DNA of 64,000 nt from Octopus vulgaris (lineage: Eukaryota). Under the pieces are notes generated by a model. That model saw only the letters and a program-made list of their open reading frames with translations. It searched no databases and was not told the origin of the DNA. Positions 43,270 through 55,909 of the stretch are shown one piece after another. The translations under genes were made by a program, and so were the position numbers. The stretch is from positions 77,128,001 through 77,192,000 of the forward strand of contig OX597814.1 of the NCBI GenBank assembly GCA_951406725.2, in the 5' to 3' direction. Position 1 is the stretch's first letter; each line of letters opens with the position of its first letter.

Positions 43270-44300
43270 CTTCTCCATCCATCCATCCAGCCAAATTTTC
43301 CAGCCATTAATCGTGGAAGGGTTGCAGCAGTAGATTCCTCGGGTATCTCTTCCATAAGGTCCTGTTAGAAGCAACCGCCGTTAGACCTTCCGGTTGACAC
43401 CAGCCTGAACAATTGACACTATAGATATTATACAGCCATTTTTTCCCTCGGTCTACCCCTACGCCTCTTGCCAGTTGGCGCGGCTTGAACACACCTCTTG
43501 CAATTATTTCCTGCAACATTCTAAACAGATCTGTCGTACTAGAGCTGTGACCTCCCAAGGCGGAGAAATAGGGGCTCGACCATGAAGTCCTTGCTAGTCA
43601 ACCTTTCGTTTAATGTTACTTCAGAACCTTTCAAAGGAATCTCTTTTGTGATCACTTGTATTTGCGATTGTATTCTTGTGGTCATTAACCGACATTCATG
43701 GTCATATATGAGGAAAGGCACGTAACACGAATTAAAGAAATTCAATTTGGTATTTTTGCTAACATTTCCTCTCTTCTGAGGATCGATTGCTGGTGCTGGT
43801 GCATTCTGTGACAGTACCAGTAATTCTAACGTCCAGTTCAGCCTCCTGCGTTCCATAAATCGTGGAACTTCACCTAAACTTCTCCACCTATCTCAAGAAT
43901 ATTCTATAAACAAAGAGAATGTGCTGGAAAGGCTGTTTTGAGATGACTAAAGCCTCAATCTTCACAGCACAAATTCTCATCCCTGTCTTGTAACACTCGT
44001 CAGCGAACCTATTAAATGCACGCTGGAGAACACCTTTTTCTCATTTGCTAATTTCAATTGCAGAATGAGATTCAGAAACGTAAGATAGTTGTACACACAC
44101 GTCAAACTCACTATAGAGTAGAGGATCGAAGTATTTTTCTTATCGTCCCCAGTAAACTCAATTCATTTGCGATGCCAAATTTAATTTCGCTCATCTGACC
44201 ACCAGAAACTTTTCGTAGAACCGACACTAGTGCTAACACATGTCACCATTCTGAATATATCTTCAAGACACCAGTGTTGGACATCCTCAGTAGAGACCAA
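43270..44300 (-). mobile_element. Old RTE (Rex3/Expander-like) relic in intron 1
   Basis: YVPFLIYDHEC..MTTRIQSQIQ..VEPLFLRLGRSQL and a (GATG)n-type tail. Paralogous at about 28450-29262 and 63720-64000. Confidence 0.6.
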
Positions 44301-44570
44301 AAGCACTGCCCTACCTCTAAGTTGTAACACGACAGGCTTTCGGTTAGTCTGTCACTTAATACACGCTTCTAACTGACGTTCTTGCAAAAAAGAAAAGTTA
44401 AAATAAGTTAAATTTAAATTATAAGTGCACACCATAAAGAACAGAAAAAGATTAGATGTACCTTTTTAGCATATAAATAAATTAACATCAAATAAATATA
44501 TTGAGATTTCAGGTTTTATGCAAACGCATTTCGAGAACAGTATATTTTCTGCATTTTCTATTCGTTTCAG

Positions 44571-45367
44571 ATGAAGTTAAAGAAATTGCCAAGAAATCAT
44601 GTACAGCAGAAAATGTTCAACAGAATAACTTTTATTTCGCTCATCCAGAGAAAAAACACTTTATTCAATGTGACAAGTGGGGTAAATACCGTGTAATGCA
44701 GTGTGCACCGGGTACAGCATGGTCACAAAAGGCCTATACATGCGATAGAGAGAATAGCATAATTGGAACTCAACCAACGGTAAACACCCCGACAATAACC
44801 AAATCCACCATTACCAATCCCTGTACCAAGGAGAATATTGACGCCGGTAGATTCTATTTCGCTCATTCAAACGAAAAATTCTTTATTTATTGTAACAAGT
44901 GGGGTGCATACTGTGTAATGCCGTGTGAACCGGGTACAATATGGTTACAAGTCATCGAGAGCTGCGTTGCAGATGATAGCAATGTTAAAACCACGACAAC
45001 CACCAAATCCACCATTACCAATCCCTGTACCACGGAGAATATTGACTCAGGTAAATTCTATTTCGCTCATTCAAACTAAAACTTCTTTATTTATTGTAAC
45101 AAGTGGGGTGCATACTGTGTAATGCCGTGTGAACCAGGTACAATATGGTTACAAGTCATCGAGAGCTGCGTTGCAGATGATAGCAGTGTTGAAACCACGA
45201 CAACCACCAAATACACCATTATCAATCCCTGTACCAAGGAGAATGTACTCCATCCCTTTTATCCAGACCAAAATTTCTTTATTCAATGTGTCGAGTCGGG
45301 TAATTACTTTGTAATCCCGTGTGCACCGGGTACAACATGGTCGCAAAGCGCCTATACCTGCATGTAA
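44571..45367 (+). CDS. Exon 2: tandem chitin-binding-like (CBM14-type, squid beak CBP-like) domains with Thr-rich linkers; in-frame TAA at 45077
   Basis: Four repeats of C..EN....(FYF).H....FI.C...G....M/I.C.PGT.W.Q....C. Repeats 2 and 3 have a 204-nt period. The spliced product is 195 aa to the TAA at 45077-45079, or 291 aa without it. Confidence 0.85.
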
Positions 45368-45562
45368 CCAACCAAGCCGACGACGAGTAAATCCCCTAGT
45401 AACAATCCCTGTATGAAGGAGAAAATTGGCTTTGGTAATTTGTTTCCATTATTCAAATAAAAAATGTTCTTTATTCAATGTATCTCAGTTGGTATATACT
45501 TTGTAATGCCCTGTCGGCAAGGGTCATCGTGGTCAGAAAACTCGATGTCTTGTTCATGATAG
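45368..45562 (+). pseudogene. Dead fifth domain downstream of the stop codon
   Basis: In frame: PTKPTTSKSPSNNPCMKEKIGFGNLFPLFK*KMFFIQCISVGIYFVMPCRQGSSWSENSMSCS**. Also present behind the - strand exon. Confidence 0.8.
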
Positions 45563-45774
45563 ATAACGACGAATTACCTAATTGTAATGCATTCCAAAAT
45601 GCTATTTTCTGATCTTTCTAACATCTGAATAGGCGACTAGAAATGCCTGCTTTGTAAAACAATTGTGTGTACTGATTTTATAGTTTAAATTTAGCTTTGC
45701 GTTTTTCTAATGTGAAATGTTTCAAATATTGTTTTGGTTATATTTTACTATCGTAATATTTTGCCAGAGTGTTT

Positions 45775-46188
45775 TTCATTATTCTTTTTTTCTCATAACC
45801 GAAATATGATATGCTTTTGTTCATTCATGTAACTTTTGTCCTGCGTATTGTATAAAATTCCATAAATAAATATGATCTTCATTATTCTTTTTTTCTCATA
45901 ACCGAAATATGATATGCTTTTGTTCATTCATGTAACTTTTGTCCTGCGTATTGTATAAAATTCCATAAATAAATATGATCTTCATTATTCTTTTTTTCTC
46001 ATAACCGAAATATGATATGCTTTTGTTCATTCATGTAACTTTTGTCCTGCGTATTGTATAAAATTCCATAAATAAATATGATCTTCATTATTCTTTTTTT
46101 CTCATAACCGAAATATGATATGCTTTTGTTCATTCATGTAACTTTTGTCCTGCGTATTGTATAAAATTCCATAAGTAAATATGATCTT
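45775..46188 (+). repeat. 4 x 103-bp tandem repeat in the gene's 3' region
   Basis: Units start at 45775, 45878, 45981 and 46084; single copy in the inverted paralogue (about 27483-27588). Confidence 0.95.
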
Positions 46189-47201
46189 CACATTAAAAGT
46201 CTTATGGGGCTTATACATTATTACATACTTCGGAACTCTTAAAATATTTTCCGTCTATCTTCACAAAAATGTATTGTTGATGTCAAAATTTTTAAATATT
46301 GTATAATATCTGTTTCTATGAATAAACGATATTTTCCTATATAATTTCTTATTGTTTTCGCTTTATATTTCTAATATAAATATATATATATATATAAATA
46401 ACTCGATTAATATCTTTGGAATTTATTAGTAAAAGTCCATACAATTATATGTCTTTCAAAAGTTAGCGATGGTATCACAGAATTATATGTGTTGTAGCAC
46501 CACAATATTTTCAACTTCCTCTTCGACCAAGGAGTAATACATTAATACTTCCTACCCGCAAATCTTAGCTTGTTTACCTTGGAATCTGTATGTTTATCTC
46601 AACTGCTTCTTCTCTCATTTACATTGATGTCTAGCTGTAAATGATGCCTAGCGATCCCAGTCAATCCAGCCGATTTCAAACATTTCTTTTCTGGTTTAGA
46701 TTCGGTATTTTCCTTATTCTATTGTCGGAGGAAACCTGTGCACATAAATTTTGCATACTCTCAAAGATGTTCAGATTGATGCAACAGTTGCTCACTTTGA
46801 ATTTCTCTATGCCGGCGGCTATGGGGAATAGTAGTAAATCGACTATGGAATCTCTACGTAATCTTAAAACTTATCGGAAATAGCAGAGAAAACCAGAAAT
46901 TTTGGTTTGGGTCACCAGTTATATTTGGCTGGAAGTAATAAGCAGATTGCTTGTTAAGGGAAACAAAAGTTATTATACAACAGTAGGGGGGAAAGGAAAG
47001 AGTTAGTGTCTCTGACAAATAGTGTACTGGTGAGTAAGTTATTGCTAAAGAGATGTAGACTACGGTGGTCTATGTGTAGCAATATTTCTAACTCAATATT
47101 GTGAGTCACACTTGAGTGCACAACTATCATGCCCGAAAAGCTTTGTGGACCCAGAATAGAGTGAATAAATAAATACATATATGATGTATAATTATGTGTA
47201 T

Positions 47202-47281
<80 letters not shown>

Positions 47282-47477
47282 TTTATATATATGAAGGATG
47301 AGTAGAGATGACTTTTTGGAGTATAGTTTTTATTTTAGTAATAATGTTTAGAGTGAATTACTCTGTAATGAATTTCAAGCTTAAAATAGCCGTTTTCAAA
47401 ATAAAAAATGTTTTACTAGTTGCTTAAATAGCAAAAAAAATTGAATAGCAAAATATATACATTTAAAAAAAGCACAT

Positions 47478-47997
47478 GAAGAAGAAGAAGAAGAAGAAGA
47501 AGAAGAAGAAGAAGAAGAAGAAGAAGAAGAAGAAGAAGAAGAAGAAGAAGAAGAAGAAGAAGAAGAAGAAGAAGAAGAAGAAGAAGAAGAAGAAGAAGAA
47601 GAAGAAGAAGAAGAAGAAGAAGAAGAAGAAAAAGAAGAAGAAGAAGAAGAAGAAGAAGAAGAAAAGAAGAAGAAGAAAAAGAAGAAGAAGAAGAAGAAGA
47701 AGAAAAAGAAGATGAAAAAGAAGAAGAAGAAAAGAAGAAGAAAAAGAAGAAGAAAAAGAAGAAGAAAAAGTAGAAGAAAATGAAGAAGAAGAAGAAGAAG
47801 AAGAAGAAGAAAAAGAAGAAGAAGAAGAAGAAAAAGAAGAAGAAGAAGAAGAAAATGAAGAAGAAAAAGAAGAAGAAGAAAAAGAAGAAGAAAAAGAAGG
47901 AGAAAAAGAAGAAGAAGAAGAAAGAAGAAGAAGAAGAAGAAGAAGAAGAAGAAGAAGAAGAAGAAGAAGAAGAAGAAGAAGAAGAAGAAAGAAGAAG
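47478..47997 (+). repeat. Interrupted (GAA)n tract, about 520 bp
   Basis: Homopurine repeat; paralogue of 26015-26203. Confidence 0.97.
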
Positions 47998-48260
47998 TGG
48001 GAGACAGAGAGAAAAATATATTGCAGGAAACAAAATTCGACATACCAAGAAAGTTAAAAGATATTGTATTTGAAATACATATTACTGACTCGCAGGAAAG
48101 TGTCATCACCTATTCTGCAAGAAACCTAAGAGAATATGTATATATATATATATATATATATAACGGGAAGCTTTATGAAAATAGACAAAAGACGAAGGCA
48201 GGTGGAAAACAAACGAACAATTGAATTAGTATGGCGCTCAGGAAATATAAATAAAACAAG

Positions 48261-48298
48261 TCTTTAACGTTTCGAGCCTACGCTCTTCAACAGAAAGA
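48261..48298 (-). ncRNA. Minimal hammerhead-like motif in Penelope terminal repeat
   Basis: tcttt-CTGTTGA-a-gagc-gtag-gctc-GAAAC-GTT-aaaga: perfect stems I and II, loopless palindromic stem III, variant core. Confidence 0.65.
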
Positions 48299-48772
48299 TA
48301 CACAGAGAGAAAAAACACAGAAAGAAGGAGAGAAAAAAAATGCGTGCAGTAGCTAACGAATCAACATGGCGATCTGGTTTCGGCCAGAGGTCAAAGATCA
48401 AACATGAGACGCGAGAGCGAAATAAGGGGAGATAATAGGGTTGATAATAGGGTTGATAATAGGGTTGATAATAGGGTTGAAGGACCAGCTAATAGTGCGT
48501 AGGAGGGGTCTGGACGTGTGTATGCATAGGGTTGGTGTATGTATTAGTATGTATAAGGGTGTGTGTGTGTGTGTGTGTATGAGAGAGTATTAGTGCGTAG
48601 GATTGGTCTGGACGTGCGTATGTATGGGGTTGGTGTATGTATTAGTATGTATTAGTATGTATTAGTACGTATTAGTATGTATAAGTGTGTGTGTGTATGA
48701 GAGAGTATAAGTGCGTATGAGGGGTCTGGACGTGTGTATGTATAGGGTTGGTGTATGTATTAGTATGGCACA

Positions 48773-51700
48773 TCATATATGATGTGATGTGTAAAGTCGT
48801 GTGGTGTAGTGAGGAGAAGAGGGGGAGGGGGAGAAGAGGGGGGAGAAGGGGAGGGGAAGAAGAGGGGGAGGAGATGGGGGAAGAGGAGAGGAGGGGGAGA
48901 GAGGAGGGGGAGAAGGAAGGGGAGGAGGGGCAGGAAGGAGGAAAGAGGGAGAGGGGGAGAGAGAAGGGGAGTGAGGGAGTGAGGGAGCAGAGGGAAGGGG
49001 AAGAGGGAAGGAGAGAGGGAGAAAGAGGGAAGAAGGGAAGGGAGTAGGGGTGAAAGGATGAAGGACTGAAGAAGTAGGGGTCGGGGGGAAAAGGATAGGT
49101 GATGAGGGGGAGAGGGGGGTTAGATGAGGAGGGGGAGAGTTGAGACCAAATGGCGTATAAGAGCGAAGAGAGAAAATTAATTCCTGTTCACGGCGCAAAC
49201 GGGAATCCGGATGGCCTCTGTGTAAGGACAAACCGAACACAGATAGGTGTTGCAAGGAGTGACCGGTGGAGCGGAAATGGCGTGAGACTGGTGTGTCGTT
49301 CGCAAGGTGGATGTCACGAAGGTGTTCCGCGAACCGGTCAGCCAAGCGGCGTCCCGTTTGTCCGATGTACAAGGAATTGCAGAGAGAGCAAGAGATGCAA
49401 TAGATAATATTGCTGGAGGTGCAGGTGAAGGAGTGGATGATGGGATAGGGTCGATGGTGGGTGCTAGTGAGGCGGGTGGTATTGGAGAGGTAAGGGCAAG
49501 TGCGGCAACGTGGGCGGGAGCAGGGGAACGAGCCGGGTTGGGAGGTAGGGTCAGGGAAGGAGCTATGGACCAAAAGGTCTCGAAGGTTGTGGGCTCGTTT
49601 GAAAGAGGGGAGGGGTCGGTTAGGAAAGAGGTGTGAAGTGGACGGGTCGGACTGGAGATGACGGAAAGCTCGAAGAATGGTGCGTTGGAGACGTAGGGTC
49701 GTGGGGTGGTAAGTGGGGGGAAAAGGGAGGCGGGAGACTACAGGGCGGGTTCGGGGTGAGAGAGCAGATACACGGTCCACGGACCGTGCTCTGGCAAGGG
49801 CGGTGTGCATAGTGGTGAGGGGGTATCCACGTAGGGTGAAGTGGTGAGCCATACGTTGAGACTGAGTCTCAAAGTCATGGTCGTCACTACAGAGCCTACG
49901 TAGACGGAGGAATTGGGAATAGGGGATAGAAAGCTTGGTGTGTTCTGGGTGGGAGGAAGAGAAGTTGAGGTATGAGTGTGAGTCTGTGTGTTTGTAGTGA
50001 ATGGAGGTGGTAAGAGTGGAGTGAAGAATGCTAACCGAAATGTCGAGGAAGGAGACAGAGGTGTTGGAGATAGTGGAAGTGAAGTGGAGGGCAGGATGGA
50101 AAGATTGGACGAAAGAGAGGAAGGAATCTAGATGTTCGCGGGAGAGTGAGGTGGCACCGATAATGTCGTCGATGTAACGACCATATAGTTCAGGAGTGCG
50201 ACCAGTGAAATTAGAGAATATTTGGGCCTCAACATAGCCAACGAACAGGTTCGCATAGTTGGGGCCCATTCGCGTTCCCATGGCCACTCCCGAGACCTGA
50301 TGGTAGAACTCGCCCGCGAACGAGAAGCAGTTCAGAGTAAGGACAAGTTCGGCCAGACGAATGAGTGTGGAGGTGTCAGGTACAGGGTTAGAGCGGAGGT
50401 CAAGAAAGTGTCGAAGGGCCTGCAGTCCTTCGTGGTGAGGGATAACAGTATAGAGGCTTTGGATGTCCATAGTAAAAAGGATTTTGGAGGAGCCGGGAGG
50501 AAAGGAGAAAGAGTTGAAAAGCCGGAGAGCATGGTTGGTATCGTGGATGTGGGAGGGAAGAGATGCCACTAGGGGGGCAAGGACACGGTCGAGGTATTTA
50601 GAGATGAGCTCCGTGGGGCAGTTACAGGCGGAGACGATGGGGCGGCCAGGGTTGTTGGGTTTGTGGATTTTGGGGAGGAAGTAAATGGTGGGGGTACGTG
50701 GGGTTCGCACAATTAGGTTGGATGCGGTGCGGGGGAGACGGGAGGACGAGATGAGGTCGTGGACAGTAGAGGATACCGTCTGTTGGTAGCTACGTGTGGG
50801 GTTAGAGGGCAGAGGGGAATAGAAGGAGGTGTCATTGAGTTGGCGGAAAGCCTCGGCCCTATAGAGGTCCGCGCGCCACACCACTACAGCTCCACCCTTG
50901 TCAGCCGGTTTGATGATAATGTCAGCGCGCCGTTGGAGGGAACGAAGAGCCAAGAGCTCAGCCGGGGAGATGTTGAGGCGGCGTTGGCGCCTGGAGAAGT
51001 TGAACCGCTCCAATGCACGCCGACAAGCGCCCGCGAAAAGATCCACTGCTAGGATCTGGCCAGGGGCAGGCGTCCACGGGGATGGTCGGCGGCCCAGGCC
51101 AGTGAAGCAGTCCTCTTTGTTGGGTGTGGGTGGCGAGTCGTGGTAATGCGCACCCAACCGGACACGGCGCACAAAGCTGTGGACATCAACTCGCGTCTGG
51201 AATTCCTTACAGGATGGAGTGAGGGGGATGAAACGCAGACCCCTACCAAGGACGGAGCGTTCAGCCGCAGAGAGGGGAAGATCGGGGGAAATGGTAACAA
51301 CAGACGGAAGTGGAGAAGGGGTGGGTGGAATAGAAGTAGGAGGGGTGGTAGGTCTCGTGGAGGTCTGAGGGGGAGGGATTGGGGAGGTCTGTGGGGGTGG
51401 TTGGGCGGGGCAGTAGGGTTAGGTGTAAGTGGATGGAGCCTATCGGGAGGGGAGAAGGGGTTGTAGGGAGGGGCAGTGGGGTTAGGTGTGGGTGGATGGA
51501 GCCTATCGGGAGGGGAGAAGGGTGGTGGAGGAGTTGGGGTAGTGGCGTCGGGTAGGGTGGAATGGAAGAGTGATTGGAGTTTACGAAGTTTGGTATCAGA
51601 AAGAAATTGATGGAAGAGTTGATTCAAATGGATAATGAAGCGTAGCGTGTTTGGAGCATAGAGAGGCGGCAGAGAGGAGAAGAAGGTGGAGAAAGCAGGA

Positions 51701-52022
51701 GGAAGAAGGCGGTTGATGGCATGTAGTTTGGAGAGATTGGAGCGAATGGTGGCCCGCATAAGGCGGTAAGATGTTGTGCGGAGTATGGGTAAGATGGAAG
51801 AATCCGAGTGGAGAGCAGGGTGGAAGTGGAGGCGGAAACCTTTAGGGATGAGTCGGTGATGTAGGCAGCGGCTTAGGAAAGAGACATGGCTAGAGAAGCG
51901 GGTTTTTTAAAAAGAAGTAGAGAGAGATTAACGGACGGCTGAAGGCAATATACAGGAAGAGAACGGAGATGATCCTTCAAACGGTGATGGAGGGTGAGGA
52001 GGTAGGACCTAGGATCCGGCAT
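48773..52022 (-). pseudogene. Penelope RT/GIY-YIG endonuclease ORF with two N-terminal frameshifts
   Basis: PADKGGAVV, LPKIHK..PGRPIVS, MDIQSLYT, GVAMGT, RYIDD, Cys linker CSRPRCRTC and NIIYCISC..YIGQT.R.L..RF.EH are open across 48773-51172. The N-terminal HVSFLSRC..LIPKGF lies in another frame (shifts near 51905 and about 51300). Confidence 0.9.
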
Positions 52023-52743
52023 GATGGGATAGCGGAAAAAAAAACGTTCGAAAAAACAAAAAAAAACAAAAAACAAAAATTATCGTATGAAAAAAATAGA
52101 AAAAAAGGATAGCGAAAAAAGGGGAAAAACAAACGTTCGAAAAAAACAAAAAAATAATAATCGTATGAAAAAACTAGATAAGTAAGCGATAGGGGCAGGA
52201 AAGACGGGGCAAACGGAAAAGGGAAAGAAAGAAGGGAAGCAGAGAGAGGGGGAGGCAAAAAAGGGGGGTGCAGGCAGAGGAAACGGAGTATGGACATCCA
52301 GAGAGGGAAGAAAGACGGAAACGAGAACAAAAATGCAGGAAAATGTGGAAAGCATGAAATGAATGTAAAAAAGTGGTAATATAAGAGAAAATAAAAATAC
52401 AACAAACGGGACAGTTTATGCGAACAAGTTCAAGGTTGAAAGTTCAAGGTGAGAAATGTGTAGACGTCGTGGTATATTTTTTAAGGATTTCACATCAATG
52501 CAAAGTCACTTTGATCCGCGAAAGAGAGGTGCAGCCAATGGTAAGTATCCAAGAGGTAAAGAAAATCCAAGGTAGAGGTAAGTGTTGATAGTGGTATTGG
52601 TAGAATATAGGATGAAAGTGAGACCACGTGAGCGCATAATATATAACGGGAAGCTTTATGAAAATAGACAAAAGACGAAGGCAGGTGGAAAACAAACGAA
52701 CAATTGTATTAGTATGGCGCTCAGGAAATATAAATAAAACAAG

Positions 52744-52781
52744 TCTTTAACGTTTCGAGCCTTCGCTCTTCAACAGAAAGA
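52744..52781 (-). ncRNA. Minimal hammerhead-like motif, second terminal repeat
   Basis: Same as 48261-48298; the only change is in the stem II loop (gaag versus gtag). Confidence 0.65.
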
Positions 52782-53159
52782 TACACAGAGAGAAAAAAAC
52801 ACAGAAAGAAGGAGAGAAAAAAATGCGTGCAGTAGCTAACGAATCAACATGGCGATCTGGTTTCGGCCAGAGGTCAAAGATCAAACATGAGACGCGAGAG
52901 CGAAATAAGGGGAGATAATAGGGTTGATAATAGGGTTGATAATAGGGTTGAAGGACCAGCTAATAGTGCGTAGGAGGGGTCTGGAAGTGTGTATGTATAG
53001 GATTGGTGTATGTATTAGTATGTATAAGGGTGTGTGTGTGTGTGTATGAGAGAGTATTAGTGCGTAGGATTGGTCTGGACGTGCGTATGTATGGGGTTGG
53101 TGTCTGTATTAGTATGTATTAGTATGTATTAGTACGTATTAGTATGTATTAGTTGGTGT

Positions 53160-53921
53160 ATGTATATATATATATGTGTGTGTGTGTGTATATATGTGTG
53201 TATATATAAGGACTTGTAGATCTCTGTATGTGTATATATGTATGTATGTGTATGTGTGTAGATATGTATTTGTATGTACGTGAACGTATGTGTATGTACG
53301 TGCATGTATGTGGTTATATATATGTGTGTAGGTATGTATATGTAGGTATGCTTTTATGTACACGTGTATGCGCGCATGTGTGCATATATGTATTTATAAG
53401 CATATGCGTGTACATATGCGGGCAGATGTTCATGTGTGTTTATGTGTACTGAAGTACTTTTATATATGTGGTTTTGTGTGTACATAGTTATGTATACGTT
53501 TATGTGAAAGTGGGTACATTTATTTATGTATGTATGAATATGTGTACTTGCGTGTGTTTGTGTATGTACATGCATATATACATATATGTGTAAATATGTA
53601 TATATGCGCCTGTGTAGAGAGAGATACATACATAAGTATGAGTGGATGATAAGGAAATGAGCGAGAGAACATATGTGTTTGTGTATGTGTATGAGTGTGA
53701 AGGAAGGGAGAGGGGCGGTAAATGGACTTCATTCAGGCTGGCTAGCACCCCGGGGAGCGGCTACTTCAGCGCCACTAAATGTGTGTCGGCGAGTGGGCAG
53801 GTCATATATTACACCTTCTATGACTCTGAAGAGGTCAAAATAAAAATTAAAATTAAAATAAAAATAAAATAAAATAAGGGAGAAAATGTGTTGTACATAT
53901 GTGCATGTATGCGTGTATGTA

Positions 53922-53980
<59 letters not shown>

Positions 53981-54586
53981 ATGTGTGTATATATGCATGT
54001 GTATATGCATGTGTGTGTGTGTATGGGTCTGTATATTCCTTTTTATATATATATATATGTATGTGTAGATATATATGTGCGTGTGCTTGTATGTTGGCAT
54101 GTATGTGTATGTGTATCTGTATATATATGTATGTATATGTGCGTATGTATATAAGTGTGTGTGTATGAGTATGTGTATGTGTGTGTGTGTGTGTATGTGT
54201 ATACATATGTATATGTGTACGCATATGTGTATGTATATGTGTGCATATATATATATATATAAGCAATAGTCTTCCTATTTACCTAAAACTCTATTCTATT
54301 ATTCTATTTATTCATTTATCTACTTTATCACTGATTCTTTTGACCACTCCCCTAAGAAGGACAGTATGTGCCCTGCCTACCCCAGAAAAGTCCACCACCA
54401 CCACCCCATCAAATCTGCCTAAATGTATAAATGCCAAAACTATTCTTGACGCCAAGCTTCCTGATGATTTCATTTGAATGAAACAGTTCTAGTCCTGTAG
54501 AAGCTCCTTCTATAAATTAAATTAATTTATTCTGCCATGTATTGAGTACCTTATTTACTGTGGTTAACCCGACTCAACCCGGGACC

Positions 54587-54590
<4 letters not shown>
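53160..54590 (+). mobile_element. Microsatellite-rich non-autonomous element ending in a hammerhead-bearing repeat
   Basis: Order: (TG/TA)n, GC-rich core at 53715-53840, A-rich run, (TG/TA)n, terminal repeat at 54270-54590. The same order occurs on - at 19400 down to 18690. Confidence 0.55.
54452..54493 (+). ncRNA. Minimal hammerhead-like motif
   Basis: CTGATGA-tttcatttgaat-GAAAC-a-GTT-ctagt; core and ttc/gaa stem retained while the loop differs from the 22844 copy. Confidence 0.5.
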
Positions 54591-54625
<35 letters not shown>

Positions 54626-55909
54626 ATATATATATGCACACATACGCACACACATATATAGATATAGAGAGAGAGGGGGGAGAGAGCCAAACACACTGCA
54701 TACTGAAAAACCATAAAGCTGAAAATATTGGAGTGTGGGTATAAGTCGTACTCCGCAAACAATTTCTGTTAATAGTCACTCAGTAACTTCTCGTTCTTCC
54801 TTATAATTTCAAACAAGGTTTTGTGAATTAAACGTTATTTATCTATTGTAGATTCATGAGAGTTAAATGCACTATGTGAATTGTTTACAAGCATGTCTTA
54901 ATACAAACGGAAGCTAAAATATTATGATTCTCTTCTCGTAAAATTCATTCAACAAAAGGAAATACGACATTCACATACCCATCGTGTATGTGGTGGCCTA
55001 ATTGTGTGGTTTTCTTACAGCTTTTATTTTGTTACTTCTTTATACGGCCATATTAATAAGAAATGAAATTCTTTATAAAATTTTACACAAAATATACTAG
55101 AAATATTGATTTTGAAGGTTGAATTATATACGACCTTAGTATACAGACCCTACTTGAAATCCTGTTTCGATTTCAATGCCTTAGAGGCACAAATATATAA
55201 TTTCGCGTGATTTTTAATTAATCAATATGCTAAAACATGAAACTAAGCATGTAACTCTGATGCTAGAAAGAGCTTTACATACACTCATGCACACATACAC
55301 ACATACATACATACTCACACACACATACATACATACATACATGCAAAACATATATATATTCAAAACATACATGTATACATACAAAACATATATGCATACA
55401 TACATACATACATACATACATACATACATACATACATACATACATACATACATACATACATACATACAAAACCATATTTTAAAGGCAAAATATATTTATA
55501 TTTTAAAAGCAAAATATATTTATCTTAGTTTCAATAATAGAAGAAAGCAGGAAGAATTTCATAGTTTTGTTCCTCTGCAACAAAAATGTGTATCAAAAAA
55601 GATGCGAGGTAAAATATGAAATAAGATGTGAGGTAAAAAATTGAATTCAAGTATAATTGACTTTTTTATTTTAAAAACAAACTATATTTTAATTAAGTTT
55701 AAATGATAGAGCTCAATTCGAGTAATTTCATGGTATTAGCCTCATGCAATAAAGTTCTGAGTGCTTGTTTCTCAAATTTGAGGGTGATTATATAGTTCTA
55801 TACTTTTTTATGAATATAGTTCTATAAGGGGACTTTTAATATATGTTACCGCTAACTGACACATTTGACACGTTATTAATTAGCATAATAGCATAGCCTG
55901 GAAAAATAT

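Larger units (their letters stand above)
48160..53160 (-). mobile_element. Near full-length Penelope-like element (Neptune type) with direct terminal repeats
   Basis: Direct repeats at about 48160-48760 and 52642-53160 flank an RT plus GIY-YIG ORF; inserted at a (TA)n tract. Confidence 0.93.

Noticed and set aside
44501-44570. N-terminal part of ORF 44501-45079
   Set aside because: Starts at TTG and is intron polypyrimidine tract; the exon begins after the AG at 44570.
45775-46188. CRISPR-like appearance of regular repeats
   Set aside because: Head-to-tail units with no spacers, no cas genes, and eukaryotic context.
46641-46883. 80-aa ORF with a hydrophobic stretch, identical in both inverted arms
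   Set aside because: Identity is explained by recent duplication; no recognisable domain or splice signals. It cannot be fully excluded without RNA data.
48430-48480. Interstitial telomere
   Set aside because: 12-mer ATAATAGGGTTG inside a Penelope terminal repeat, not (TTAGGG)n.
53715-53840. SECIS or HDV-like ribozyme in the GC-rich core (also 21540-21620)
   Set aside because: Hairpins are present, but I could not build the required quartet or nested pseudoknot by eye.
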